Shown piece by piece: positions 9,690-18,901 of a stretch of 64,000 nt of DNA; within the stretch, counting starts at the first letter, position 1, and each line of letters begins with the position of its first letter. This DNA comes from Pseudomonadota bacterium (GTDB taxonomy: Bacteria; Pseudomonadota; Gammaproteobacteria; Steroidobacterales; Steroidobacteraceae). The notes beneath the pieces were generated by a model. The model was given only the letters and a program-made list of their open reading frames with translations, had not been told where the DNA came from and searched no databases. The stretch lies in NCBI GenBank assembly GCA_963205255.1, contig CAUJIK010000047.1, positions 1,871 through 65,870 on the forward strand. The letters are read 5' to 3'. The position numbers were made by a program, and so were the translations under genes.

Positions 9690-10756
9690 GCGTGGAGCCC
9701 ATCGAACCCATTGCTCCGGCGCTGCTGGACTGGCATCGCCAGCATGGCCGGCACGACCTGCCCTGGCAGCGCGAGCGCACGCCCTATCGCGTGTGGGTAT
9801 CCGAAGTGATGCTGCAGCAGACCCAGGTCGCCACCGTCATCGGCTACTTCGAGCGTTTCCTGGCGCGCTTTCCCGATGTGGTCGCGCTCGCCGATGCGCC
9901 ACAGGACGAGGTGCTGCATCTGTGGGCGGGGCTGGGTTACTACGCGCGGGCGCGTAATCTGCAGCGCGCCGCGCAGCAGGTGCGCGACCGGCACGAGGGC
10001 CTCTTTCCCGGCGACTTCGACAGTGTCGCGGCGCTGCCGGGCGTGGGCCGTTCCACGGCGGGCGCCATTCTGGCGCTGGCCTGCGACCAGTCGCATCCCA
10101 TCCTCGATGGCAATGTGCGTCGCGTGCTCGCGCGCCTGTTCGCCGTGCCTGGCCGCAGCGGTGAGCGTGCTTTCGAGAACCAGTTGTGGGAGCTTGCCGC
10201 GGCGCTGACGCCGCGTGAGCACGTAGCTGCCTACACCCAGGCCATGATGGATCTGGGCGCCACGCTGTGCACGCGCCGCAAGCCGCGCTGCGCGCAGTGC
10301 CCGTTAGTGGCGCGCTGCGTCGCCCATGCCCAGGGGCATCCCGAGGATTACCCCGCGCCGAAGAAGCCGCTGCGGCGCCGTCAGCGCCGCACCTGGATGC
10401 TGATCGCGCAGCGGACCGATGGCGGCATATGGCTGCTGCAACGGCCCGCGCGCGGCGTGTGGGGCGGCCTGTGGTCGCCTCCCGAGTTCGAGGAGCAGGA
10501 CGCGGCCTGTGAGGCAGCGCGGCAGTGGGCGGGGCAGGGTGCCGCCCTGCGTGATGGCGAGGTGTTGCAGCATGCCTTCACGCATTTCGATCTCGCCATC
10601 CACCCATTGTGGGTCGACGTGGATGAGCGCGCGCATGGCGCTTCCGCCGTCGCGGAGTCCGGTGCCCGGGGGCTGTGGTATAACCCTGCGAAGCCGGCAA
10701 GCATCGGGCTTCCGGCCCCTGTTTCCCTGTTGCTGCACAAATCACCGCTTCGATGA
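9686..10756 (+). CDS. mutY: A/G-specific adenine DNA glycosylase
   Basis: [36 protein letters not shown] is present, along with an HhH-GPD region and the 4Fe-4S cluster motif C-x6-C-x2-C-x5-C ([17 protein letters not shown]). The GTG start overlaps the AsmA stop as GTGA. Confidence 0.9.
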   Translation: MSVEPIEPIAPALLDWHRQHGRHDLPWQRERTPYRVWVSEVMLQQTQVATVIGYFERFLARFPDVVALADAPQDEVLHLWAGLGYYARARNLQRAAQQVRDRHEGLFPGDFDSVAALPGVGRSTAGAILALACDQSHPILDGNVRRVLARLFAVPGRSGERAFENQLWELAAALTPREHVAAYTQAMMDLGATLCTRRKPRCAQCPLVARCVAHAQGHPEDYPAPKKPLRRRQRRTWMLIAQRTDGGIWLLQRPARGVWGGLWSPPEFEEQDAACEAARQWAGQGAALRDGEVLQHAFTHFDLAIHPLWVDVDERAHGASAVAESGARGLWYNPAKPASIGLPAPVSLLLHKSPLR

Positions 10757-11025
10757 CCCGCACCGTCAATTGTGTGTTGCTCAAGCGCGAGGCCCCTGGC
10801 CTTGCCCGTCAGCCTTACCCCGGCCCCCTGGGTGAGCGCATCTTCAACGAGGTCTCGCAGGAGGCCTGGAGCGGCTGGGTGCGTCACCAGACCATGCTGA
10901 TCAACGAATACCGGCTCACGCCGGTGGACCCCAAGGCGCGCAAGTTCCTCGAAGCCGAGATGGAGAAATACCTCTTCGGCGGCGGCTCCCAGAAGCCGGC
11001 CGAATTCACCACGCCGGCGAGCTGA
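10753..11025 (+). CDS. yggX: Fe(2+)-trafficking / oxidative-damage protection protein YggX
   Basis: A 90-aa protein beginning [17 protein letters not shown]...W...[11 protein letters not shown]. The mutY-yggX synteny matches that of enterobacteria. ATGA overlap with mutY. Confidence 0.85.
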   Translation: MTRTVNCVLLKREAPGLARQPYPGPLGERIFNEVSQEAWSGWVRHQTMLINEYRLTPVDPKARKFLEAEMEKYLFGGGSQKPAEFTTPAS

Positions 11026-11057
11026 CCGGCCGGATCGGCGCTTCCGGCGCGGCGAGC

Positions 11058-11087
11058 TTGACGCCCGGAAGCCGCCCCCGGTCTAAT
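11058..11087 (+). promoter_or_regulatory. Candidate sigma70 promoter for tRNA-Phe
   Basis: TTGACG (11058-11063), an 18-nt spacer and TCTAAT (11082-11087). A GC-rich discriminator follows, about 20 nt before the tRNA. Confidence 0.3.
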
Positions 11088-11109
11088 ACGCGCCCCTTCG
11101 AGCCCGAAT

Positions 11110-11185
11110 GCCCGGGTAGCTCAGTTGGTAGAGCAGCGGATTGAAAATCCGCGTGTCGCTGGTTCGATTCCGGCCCCGGGCACCA
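11110..11185 (+). tRNA. tRNA-Phe (anticodon GAA)
   Basis: A 76-nt cloverleaf folded by hand. The acceptor is GCCCGGG/CCCGGGC, the D arm GCTC-AGTTGGTA-GAGC, and the anticodon arm GCGGA-TTGAAAA-TCCGC. The T arm is GCTGG-TTCGATT-CCGGC, and the CCA end is encoded. Confidence 0.95.
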
Positions 11186-11390
11186 TCTTCCGCATCCGCG
11201 ACGTCCGCACGGACCTCCGGAACCAATGGCGCGGTGGATCAGGGGGCGGCTGATTCCAAGTGGGTGCTCGTCCCAGACATAAGCTGACTCCTACACGCGG
11301 CCCGCTGTGCTGCCGACAGACCTCCGTGATCCCGTCCGCCATGTTGCTGTTTGCGAACTGGTGGGCCGGCAGCTGAACAGGAGAGTCGTC

Positions 11391-11861
11391 ATGCAAAGGC
11401 TGAAAAAGACGATCGAGGTGAAGGCGCCCCTGAGCAACGCATACAACCAGTGGACCCAATTCGAGGAGTTCCCTCGTTTCATGTCGGCGATCAGATCGGT
11501 GCATCAGGAAGACGACACCCATCTGCGCTGGAGTGCCCGATTCTGGGGCGGCGTGGACGAGCAATGGAAGGTCGAGATCACGGAGCAGGAACCCGACAGC
11601 CATATTTCCTGGAGGAGCGTGTCGGGAACGGTCAATGCCGGAACGATCTTCTTTGACGACATCGGCGAAGGTCTGACCCGCGTGCGTCTTGCCATGATCT
11701 ATGACCCGGAAGGCTTTGTGGAAAACCTCGGTGACGCATTGGGAATGGTGAACCGGGGGGTCGACAATGCCCTGCGCGGCTTCAAAGGCTTCATCGAGGC
11801 GCGCGGCGAAGAGACAGGAGCATGGCGGGGCGAGGTTCGCGAGGATGAACCGCAGAAATGA
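11391..11861 (+). CDS. SRPBCC-family protein (polyketide cyclase/dehydrase-like)
   Basis: ORF 11307..11861. The start is taken at ATG 11391, which follows a GGAGAG Shine-Dalgarno sequence. The motif KTIEVKAPLSNAYNQWTQFEEFPRFM is typical of this family. Confidence 0.7.
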   Translation: MQRLKKTIEVKAPLSNAYNQWTQFEEFPRFMSAIRSVHQEDDTHLRWSARFWGGVDEQWKVEITEQEPDSHISWRSVSGTVNAGTIFFDDIGEGLTRVRLAMIYDPEGFVENLGDALGMVNRGVDNALRGFKGFIEARGEETGAWRGEVREDEPQK

Positions 11862-12065
11862 CGCGTTGCGCGAATTCTTAAATGCGAAGGTCCGCGGCTT
11901 TCCACCGATAGCCCGGTGAGAATCAGCCGCCGCACTCGCAGGTAGCTCAGCAGCGAATCCGGCGGGCTCTCGAAGAATGCCGAGTTCTTCGGTTTCAGGA
12001 CGAAGTGATCCGTTTCGGCGGGCTGGAGCAGCCGCGCTATCGACTGCGGATGCAGGGAAGCGTGC

Positions 12066-12096
12066 TTGACCTTACCATGATGTCAAGGCTCAGACT
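12066..12096 (+). promoter_or_regulatory. MerR/CueR-type promoter of copA (19-bp spacer with an internal dyad)
   Basis: TTGACC-N19-CAGACT. The spacer TTACCATGATGTCAAGGCT contains the dyad CCTT-N11-AAGG. It shares TTGACCTT(A/G)CCAT with the copZ promoter. Confidence 0.6.
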
Positions 12097-12127
12097 GGCC
12101 ATGAGGTCAGTGATCGAGGATGCGTCA

Positions 12128-14398
12128 ATGAGTGAGTCGGTCAGCAACATCAGCGCCAGTACAGCTCCCGCCGATCTGCGGATCGAGGGCATGAGCTGCG
12201 CCTCCTGCGTGGGCCGCGTCGAGCGCGCGCTCAATGCGGTGCCCGGCGTGACCGAGGCCAGCGTCAACCTCGCGACCGAGCGCGCCACCGTGCGTGGCAC
12301 GGCCAGCATCGACGCGCTGCTGGCCGCGGTCGAGAAGGCCGGCTACGTCGGCAAGGCGCTTGAGTCGGACACACAGGTCGATGAGGAGGCCGCGCAGCGC
12401 AAGGATGCCGAGCGTGCGGCATTGAAACGAGACCTGATCCTGGCGACCGCGCTGGCATTGCCGGTGTTCGTGCTGGAGATGGGCTCGCATCTGATTCCTG
12501 CCATGCACGGGCTGATCATGCGCAGCATCGGCATGCAGTGGAGCTGGCTGCTGCAGTTCGTGCTGACCACGCTGGTGCTAATCATTCCTGGTCGCCGTTT
12601 CTATCTCCTCGGGTTTCCCGCGCTGGCGCGAATGGCGCCGGACATGAACTCGCTGGTCGCGGTGGGCACGCTGGCCGCATACGCTTACTCGGTGGTCGCC
12701 ACCTTTGCGCCGCGCCTGCTGCCGGCAGGCACGGTGAATGTGTATTACGAGGCCGCGGCGGTGATCGTGGCGCTGGTGCTGCTGGGCCGCTTTCTCGAAG
12801 CGCGGGCCAAAGGCCGCACTTCCGAAGCGATCAAACGTCTGGTCGGTTTGCAGGCCAGGGTCGCCCATGTGCTGCGTGATGGTCGCAGCGTGGATATCCC
12901 CGTCGAGCAGGTGGTTGAAGGCGATGTGCTCGAAGTGCGCCCCGGTGAGCGCGTGCCGGTGGATGGCGAGGTGCTTGAAGGAGGCAGCTTCGTCGATGAA
13001 TCGATGATCAGCGGTGAGCCGGTGCCAGTGGAAAAGATCGTCGGCAGCACCGTGGTCGGCGGCACGGTCAACCAGACCGGAGCATTCGCGCTGCGGGCAA
13101 CCGCGGTAGGCGGCAAGACCCTGCTGGCGCAGATCATCCGCATGGTGGAGCAGGCGCAGGGCGCCAAGCTGCCCATCCAGGCGCTGGTGGACAGGGTCAC
13201 GATGTGGTTTGTGCCGGCGGTGATGCTGGCCGCGCTCGCCACCTTCCTGGTGTGGCTGGTGTTCGGTCCGGAGCCGGCGCTGACTTTCGCACTGGTCAAC
13301 GCGGTGGCGGTGCTGATCATTGCCTGTCCCTGCGCGATGGGTCTGGCTACGCCAACCTCCATCATGGTCGGCACCGGGCGCGGCGCTGAGCTGGGCGTGT
13401 TGTTTCGCAAGGGCGAGGCGCTGCAGTTGCTCAAAGGCGCGCGCGTGGTGGCGGTGGACAAGACCGGCACGGTGACCGAAGGTCGTCCGGCGCTGACGGA
13501 TCTGGAGGTCACCGGCGGTTTCGCGCGCGAGCATGTGCTGGCCATGGTCGCGGCGGTGGAATCACGCTCGGAGCATCCGATCGCGCGCGCCATTGTCGAG
13601 GCCGCCGAGGCGCAGGGCATTGCGCTGCCGGCGCTGGGCGAGTTCGAGTCGGTGACCGGCATGGGTGTGCGCGCGACCGCGGATGGCGTGCGGGTCGAGG
13701 TCGGCGCCGATCGCTACATGCGCGAGCTGGGGCTCAGCGTGCAGGTGTTCGCGGCGGTCGCGGAACGACTGGGCAGCGAGGGCAAGTCGCCGCTGTATGC
13801 CGCCATCGACGGCCGGCTGGCCGCGATTATCGCGGTCGCGGACCCCATCAAGCCCCAGTCGCGCGTCGCCATCGATACGCTGCATCAGCTGGGCCTTAAG
13901 GTGGCGATGATCACCGGCGACAACGCCCGCACCGCGCGCGCCATCGCCGATCAGCTGGGCATCGACGAGGTTGTGGCCGAGGTGCTTCCGGCAGGCAAGG
14001 TCGATGCGGTGAAACGGCTCAAGACCACGCACGGCGCGGTCGCGTTCGTCGGCGACGGCATCAACGATGCGCCGGCGCTGGCCGAGGCCGATGTGGGCCT
14101 TGCGATCGGCACCGGCACCGATGTCGCGATGGAGTCCGCGGATGTGGTGCTGATGTCCGGCAATCTGCAGGGCGTGCCGACGGCCATCGCCTTGTCGCGG
14201 GCCACCATCGGCAACATCCGCCAGAACCTGTTCTGGGCCTTCGCCTATAACACCGCATTGATCCCGGTGGCGGCGGGCGTGCTGTATCCGGCATTCGGCA
14301 TCCTGCTGTCGCCGGTGTTCGCCGCCGGCGCGATGGCGATGTCCAGTGTGTTCGTGGTCGGCAATGCGCTGCGGCTGCGGCGCTGGAGGGGCGGATGA
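12128..14398 (+). CDS. copA: Cu(I)-translocating P1B-type ATPase
   Basis: ORF 12005..14398. The start is placed at ATG 12128, downstream of the predicted transcription start. Motifs: HMA domain [18 protein letters not shown] ([13 protein letters not shown]), DKTGT and GDGINDAP. Confidence 0.95.
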   Translation: MSESVSNISASTAPADLRIEGMSCASCVGRVERALNAVPGVTEASVNLATERATVRGTASIDALLAAVEKAGYVGKALESDTQVDEEAAQRKDAERAALKRDLILATALALPVFVLEMGSHLIPAMHGLIMRSIGMQWSWLLQFVLTTLVLIIPGRRFYLLGFPALARMAPDMNSLVAVGTLAAYAYSVVATFAPRLLPAGTVNVYYEAAAVIVALVLLGRFLEARAKGRTSEAIKRLVGLQARVAHVLRDGRSVDIPVEQVVEGDVLEVRPGERVPVDGEVLEGGSFVDESMISGEPVPVEKIVGSTVVGGTVNQTGAFALRATAVGGKTLLAQIIRMVEQAQGAKLPIQALVDRVTMWFVPAVMLAALATFLVWLVFGPEPALTFALVNAVAVLIIACPCAMGLATPTSIMVGTGRGAELGVLFRKGEALQLLKGARVVAVDKTGTVTEGRPALTDLEVTGGFAREHVLAMVAAVESRSEHPIARAIVEAAEAQGIALPALGEFESVTGMGVRATADGVRVEVGADRYMRELGLSVQVFAAVAERLGSEGKSPLYAAIDGRLAAIIAVADPIKPQSRVAIDTLHQLGLKVAMITGDNARTARAIADQLGIDEVVAEVLPAGKVDAVKRLKTTHGAVAFVGDGINDAPALAEADVGLAIGTGTDVAMESADVVLMSGNLQGVPTAIALSRATIGNIRQNLFWAFAYNTALIPVAAGVLYPAFGILLSPVFAAGAMAMSSVFVVGNALRLRRWRGG

Positions 14399-14805
14399 AT
14401 ATCGGGCAGGCGTCGAAGGCGTCGGGTGTCTCGGCCAAGATGATCCGCTACTACGAACAGATCGGTCTGCTGCCGCAGGTCGTGCGCACCGGCTCGGGTT
14501 ACCGCGCCTACACCGACGCGGATGTGCACAAGCTGCGTTTCGTGCGCCGGGCGCGCGACCTGGGGTTCTCGCTGGCGGAAATCGCGGATCTGCTGGCGCT
14601 GTGGGGCGACCGCTCGCGCAAGAGCGCCGACGTCAAGCGCGTGGCGCAGCAGCACATCACGCAGTTGCGCGAGCGCATGGATGAGCTGCAGCAGATGGTC
14701 GATACATTGCAGGCGCTGGTGAGTTCCTGCGCCGGTGATCACCGGCCGGATTGCCCCATCCTGGCCGATCTTGCGGGCAGCGCCGGCAAGTCGCAGCCAG
14801 GCTAG
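14395..14805 (+). CDS. cueR: Cu(I)-responsive MerR-family regulator
   Basis: [26 protein letters not shown] is a MerR-type HTH. The C-terminal [10 protein letters not shown] loop has two Cys separated by 7 residues, as in CueR. ATGA overlap with copA. Confidence 0.9.
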   Translation: MNIGQASKASGVSAKMIRYYEQIGLLPQVVRTGSGYRAYTDADVHKLRFVRRARDLGFSLAEIADLLALWGDRSRKSADVKRVAQQHITQLRERMDELQQMVDTLQALVSSCAGDHRPDCPILADLAGSAGKSQPG

Positions 14806-15008
14806 GTTTCTTCCGCGCTGCCGGTGACGTTGTAGCCGCAGTCCTGGATGGCCTGCGTGGCCTGCTGCGGCGTGACCGCGCCGTTGATCCGGACGCTGCG
14901 CGCCGGCAGGTCGACCACGACCCGGGCATTGCCATCGAGCTTCTGGATTGCGCTGGTGACGGCCTTTACGCAGTGGCCGCAAGTCATGCCTTCAACGATG
15001 AGTTTCAC
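14802..15008 (-). CDS. copZ: Copper chaperone (HMA domain, CopZ-like)
   Basis: ORF 14802..15035. I prefer the GTG at 15008 as the start because GGGGG lies 8 nt upstream. The N-terminus is MKLIVEGMTCGHCVKAV. The upstream TTG at 15035 is the alternative start. Confidence 0.85.
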   Translation of the reverse strand: MKLIVEGMTCGHCVKAVTSAIQKLDGNARVVVDLPARSVRINGAVTPQQATQAIQDCGYNVTGSAEET

Positions 15009-15050
15009 CTGGAATGCCCCCGGGAGATACGGCAAATCGCCGCCGGAATG

Positions 15051-15081
15051 AATCTAGACCTTCCAGCGATGGCAAGGTCAA
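15051..15081 (-). promoter_or_regulatory. MerR/CueR-type promoter of copZ
   Basis: The minus strand reads TTGACC-TTGCCATCGCTGGAAGGTC-TAGATT with a 19-bp spacer. The dyad GACCTTGC-N7-GGAAGGTC closely resembles the E. coli CueR box (ACCTTCC-N7-GGAAGGT). Confidence 0.7.
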
Positions 15082-15116
15082 GTCACCGACATAACGCCGA
15101 CATTCGAGTTTGTACC

Positions 15117-15135
15117 ATCAATGAGAACCATTCGT
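15117..15135 (+). promoter_or_regulatory. Candidate Fur box upstream of the TonB-dependent receptor
   Basis: ATCAATGAGAACCATTCGT. Its core AATGAGAACCATT matches 11 of 13 positions of the Fur consensus core AATGATAATCATT. It lies about 40 nt before the receptor ATG. Confidence 0.4.
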
Positions 15136-15172
15136 GTTCGCATGCACATTGCTATTGATCGAGGACTCATTG

Positions 15173-17506
15173 ATGCCCAAGCCTGCTCGTCCGCTCACCC
15201 TGCCCACTCCCACCCAGACGCAGAAGCTGTTCACCGCCACGCTTGGCGTTGCCCTGGCTTCCTCGGCCGCCTCGTTGCGCGCCGCGGCCCAGGAGACCGA
15301 GCAGAGCGCGACCCAGCTCGAGAAGGTCTCGGTCGAGGAGGTGGTCGAGGAATTCAAGGCGGATACGGCTTCCTCGCCCAAGTACACCGCGGCGCTGGTC
15401 GATACCCCGAAGTCGGTCACGGTGATCACGGCTCAGGTCATGGAGAGCACTGGCGCGACCTCGCTGGTCGAGGCGCTGCGCACCACCCCCGGCATCACGC
15501 TCGGCGCCGGCGAGGGCGGCAACCCGGTCGGCGACCGTCCCTTCCTGCGCGGCTTCGATGCGCAGAGCAGCACCTACATCGACGGCATGCGCGATATCGG
15601 CGCGCAGTCGCGTGAAGTCTTCAATCTCGAGGCGGTGGAAGTCACCAAGGGGCCGGATGGCACCGTGGGTGGTCGCGGCAGCGCCGGCGGCAGCCTCAAC
15701 CTCGTCAGCAAGACGGGGCGCGCGGAAAACTTCCTGCGCGGCACGCTGGGCCTGGGCACGGCGGACTACAAGCGCGCCACCGTCGACGGCAACATCACAC
15801 TCGGCGAAACCGCGGCGCTGCGCCTCAATGCGCTGTACCACGACGCGGATGTCGCGGGTCGCGACGAGGTCTACAACAATCGCTGGGGCGTTGCGCCGTC
15901 CATTGCCTTTGGCCTGGGCACCCGCACGCCGATCACGCTGAGCCACTATCACCTGCAGAGCGACAACCTGCCCGACACCGGCGTCCCCTACGACAACCCG
16001 ACGCTGCGCTCCCATGCCGATGCGCCGGCGCGGGTCCTGCAGACCGGAGACGGCCGTCCGGTGGATGTGGACCTTAGCAATTTCTACGGCCTCAAGAACC
16101 GTGACTTCTACCGCGATCACGCGGACACGACCACGCTGCAGATCGAGCATCAGTTCAATGAGCACGCGATCCTGCGCAACGTGGCCCGCTACTCGCGCAC
16201 GGCGCAGAACTATGTCTGGACGCAGCCGGACGACAGCCAGGGCAACATCTATTACGGCTATGTCTGGCGGCGCATCAACACGCGCGCGACCACCGTGCAT
16301 ACGGTGGCCGATCAGCTGAGCCTTTCCGGCCTGTTCGCGACCGGCGCCATCCAGCACTCGTATGCCGCCGGCTTCGAGATCAGCCGTGAGCAGGGCGAGA
16401 ACTACTCCTACGTGGCGACGCCGGGCACTGGCAGCGGCGCCATGCTGAGCGGTACCGCGCCGAACCAGGTGATGAACCCGAACTGGAGCTGCGGCGCGAA
16501 TGTCGGCGCTGCGGGTGGATACAACTGCACCAGTCTGTTCGATCCGGACCCGAACGACCCCTGGGCCGGCACGATGACGCGTTCGGCGAATCCGTCCAAC
16601 GCCGAGTCGAACACCCGATCGGTCTACGTCTTCGACACGCTCACGCTCACGCCGAAGTGGCTGCTGAGCCTGGGAGCGCGTACCGATCACTACGAGACTG
16701 AAACCCTCGGCGTCGTCAGCAACAACGCGCGCACGCGGCTCGCCTACAGCGACGACCTGTTCAACTGGCAGGCGGGCCTGGTGTTCAAGCCGCTGGCCAA
16801 CGGCAGCATCTATACCTCGTACGCCACCTCCTCCACGCCGCTCAACGCGACGCTGGCGCAGGGCAGCGAGAGCCAGGGCCTTTCCGCCACCACGCAGGAC
16901 CTCGAGCCGGAGAAGAACCGCTCGTACGAGCTGGGCACCAAGTGGGATCTGGCCGGCAACCGCCTGGCGCTGACCGCGGCGCTGTTCCGTACCGAGACCA
17001 CCAACGCGCGCATCACGCAGCAGGACGGCACCATCCAGATGGCCGGCGAGAAGCGCGTGCAGGGCGTGGAGCTGGGCGCTTCGGGCAGCGTCACCGACAA
17101 ATGGCAGGTGTTCGGCGGCTACACCATGCTCGACAGCGAGCTGGTGCGGGCGGGCGGCTCCGGCGCGAATTTCGGCCTGCAGGATGGTCAGCCGTTCCCC
17201 AACACACCCAAGCACAGTGCCAGCCTGTGGACCACCTTCCAGGTGTTGCCGAACCTCACCCTGGGTGGCGGTGGCAACTACATGGCCAAGGTGTACGGCG
17301 GCGTCAATCCCAACGCACCCAAGTGGGTTCCTTCCTACGTGCGCTTCGACGCGATGGCGAACTACACGATGAGCGATCGCTACACCTTGCAGCTCAACGT
17401 GCAGAATCTCGCCGACAAGCGCTACTTCGACCGCGCCTACGCCGCGCACTATGCGTCGGTGGCGCCGGGTCGCTCGGCGACGGTGAGCCTCAGCGCCCGG
17501 CTTTGA
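15173..17506 (+). CDS. TonB-dependent siderophore receptor (catecholate/Fiu-CirA-like)
   Basis: ORF 15134..17506, with the start at ATG 15173 after a GAGGA Shine-Dalgarno sequence. It has a signal peptide and a plug domain (DTPKSVTVITAQVMESTGATSLVEALRTTPGITLG). The C-terminus ...SATVSLSARL ends in a hydrophobic Leu rather than the usual aromatic beta-barrel terminus. Confidence 0.9.
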   Translation: MPKPARPLTLPTPTQTQKLFTATLGVALASSAASLRAAAQETEQSATQLEKVSVEEVVEEFKADTASSPKYTAALVDTPKSVTVITAQVMESTGATSLVEALRTTPGITLGAGEGGNPVGDRPFLRGFDAQSSTYIDGMRDIGAQSREVFNLEAVEVTKGPDGTVGGRGSAGGSLNLVSKTGRAENFLRGTLGLGTADYKRATVDGNITLGETAALRLNALYHDADVAGRDEVYNNRWGVAPSIAFGLGTRTPITLSHYHLQSDNLPDTGVPYDNPTLRSHADAPARVLQTGDGRPVDVDLSNFYGLKNRDFYRDHADTTTLQIEHQFNEHAILRNVARYSRTAQNYVWTQPDDSQGNIYYGYVWRRINTRATTVHTVADQLSLSGLFATGAIQHSYAAGFEISREQGENYSYVATPGTGSGAMLSGTAPNQVMNPNWSCGANVGAAGGYNCTSLFDPDPNDPWAGTMTRSANPSNAESNTRSVYVFDTLTLTPKWLLSLGARTDHYETETLGVVSNNARTRLAYSDDLFNWQAGLVFKPLANGSIYTSYATSSTPLNATLAQGSESQGLSATTQDLEPEKNRSYELGTKWDLAGNRLALTAALFRTETTNARITQQDGTIQMAGEKRVQGVELGASGSVTDKWQVFGGYTMLDSELVRAGGSGANFGLQDGQPFPNTPKHSASLWTTFQVLPNLTLGGGGNYMAKVYGGVNPNAPKWVPSYVRFDAMANYTMSDRYTLQLNVQNLADKRYFDRAYAAHYASVAPGRSATVSLSARL

Positions 17507-18237
17507 TGATCCGCGCCACGGCGCCCGAGCTGCGCATCACGGCCGAGCAGTTGCGCTCTGTGCTGGCGGGGCCGCCGGAAGCGGCGGCCCCGTGGCTGGA
17601 ACTGGCCGCGGGGCACGGTTCGGCACAGGCCCAGACCGCACTGGGCCAGTTCCTGCTCGCGGGGCATGGCGTGCCGCAGGATGAGGAACGCGCCGTGTAC
17701 TGGTTCCGGCGCGCGGCGCGCGCCGATCACCCCATGGCCTTCAACATGCTCGGTCGCTGTTACGAGCTGGGCACGGGCGTGAAAGCGGACCCGATGATGG
17801 CGACCTACTGGTATCGCCTCGCCGCACAGACGGGTCTGGACTGGGGCATGTACAACTACGCCACCTCGCTGATGCTGGGACGCGGAGTGGAAAGCGACCG
17901 CGCGCAGGCTTTTCACTGGTTCGGCAAGGCCGCGGCAATGGGCCACGCCAAGTCCATCAACATCGTTGGCGGCTTCCACGAGGATGGCTGGGAAGTGCCT
18001 GCCGATCGCGAAGCGGCCTTCGACTGCTATCGCCGCGCAGCCGAAGCCGGCGACTTCCGCGGCCAGTTCAATTACGCACGCCTGCTGATGGAGCAGCAGC
18101 GCCTCGATGAGGCGCTGCCATGGCTGCATGAATGCGTCCGGACCGCCACCCCCGCCTTCATCGGCAAGGTGCGCGATTTCCTGCGGCGCGCGGACGACGA
18201 GCGGCTGCGCGCCTACCTCGCGGGCTTGAACTTGTAG
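17506..18237 (+). CDS. Sel1-repeat (SLR/TPR-like) protein
   Basis: This is the C-terminal part of ORF 16942..18237. ATG 17506 overlaps the receptor TGA by 1 nt. It contains repeated A..WF.KAA..G...A...LG motifs. Confidence 0.8.
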   Translation: MIRATAPELRITAEQLRSVLAGPPEAAAPWLELAAGHGSAQAQTALGQFLLAGHGVPQDEERAVYWFRRAARADHPMAFNMLGRCYELGTGVKADPMMATYWYRLAAQTGLDWGMYNYATSLMLGRGVESDRAQAFHWFGKAAAMGHAKSINIVGGFHEDGWEVPADREAAFDCYRRAAEAGDFRGQFNYARLLMEQQRLDEALPWLHECVRTATPAFIGKVRDFLRRADDERLRAYLAGLNL

Positions 18238-18779
18238 CGCTGGCCGGCGAGCGAAGCCTCGTACATGGCGCCGCCCTTGACGATGGTGAACACCACCATG
18301 CCGTTCTCGTACTGGCCTATCGTCCGCGCGTCGCGCTTGGTGGCGCTGGCCGTGGCCGATGCGCCGGTGGTGCCGGCCTCCGCCGTGGCGCCCGCGGTGA
18401 TCAGCACCGCGCTGGCGTTGGCGCTGAACTCGAAGTCGCGGCCGGTGAAGGTATCGAAGGCTTTCTTGTTCTGGAAGAAGATGATCTGGCTGTACGCCTG
18501 GCCGCCGGCCTGGAAGCCGATGCTGAGTTTGGTCAGCGTGGTGTCGCCGACATAGCGGCCACCCACATACACCTTGCCGTCGCCATGCGCGCCGCCCACC
18601 ACCAGTCCGGCCTTGCCGATGGTGGGGAATAAGGCGTAGCCATAGCTCTTGTTGAAGAAGGTGGCGCTCTGTCCCGCATCGCGGAACAGTTTGAGCGTGT
18701 CGTCATAGGCATCGGCCCAGACCGCGGAGCCCGCCATCATCAGCAGCAGGCCTGTCAGCATCACTCTGGCTTTGTTCAT
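18213..18779 (-). CDS. SYLF (Ysc84-like) lipid-binding domain protein, secreted
   Basis: ORF 18213..18791, with the start at ATG 18779 (MNKARVMLTGLLLMMAGSAVWA signal). YGYALFPTIGKAGLVVGGAHGDGKVY is typical of SYLF/DUF500 proteins. Confidence 0.7.
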   Translation of the reverse strand: MNKARVMLTGLLLMMAGSAVWADAYDDTLKLFRDAGQSATFFNKSYGYALFPTIGKAGLVVGGAHGDGKVYVGGRYVGDTTLTKLSIGFQAGGQAYSQIIFFQNKKAFDTFTGRDFEFSANASAVLITAGATAEAGTTGASATASATKRDARTIGQYENGMVVFTIVKGGAMYEASLAGQRYKFKPAR

Positions 18780-18901
18780 GGCACACCTCATCAGGCGATT
18801 CGGGCCGGCGGCCCCATAATGGGCAGGCTAGCATTATTCGGGGTGGGCGCCACCGGTGCGGTTTGCGGGTAGGATCGCGCAGTCGAAGCCGCCTCGAGGA
18901 C

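Noticed and set aside
11110-15100. A possible genomic island (copper resistance) integrated at tRNA-Phe
   Set aside because: There is no integrase, transposase or plasmid gene. By eye I could not find a direct repeat of the tRNA 3' end downstream. Codon style looks the same as in the flanks. The copper module is treated as core chromosome.
15167-17449. A 760-aa minus-strand ORF opposite the catecholate-type TonB receptor
   Set aside because: It is an antisense shadow of a well-supported gene, with no signal peptide or motifs and a biased Arg/Gly/Ala/Val composition.
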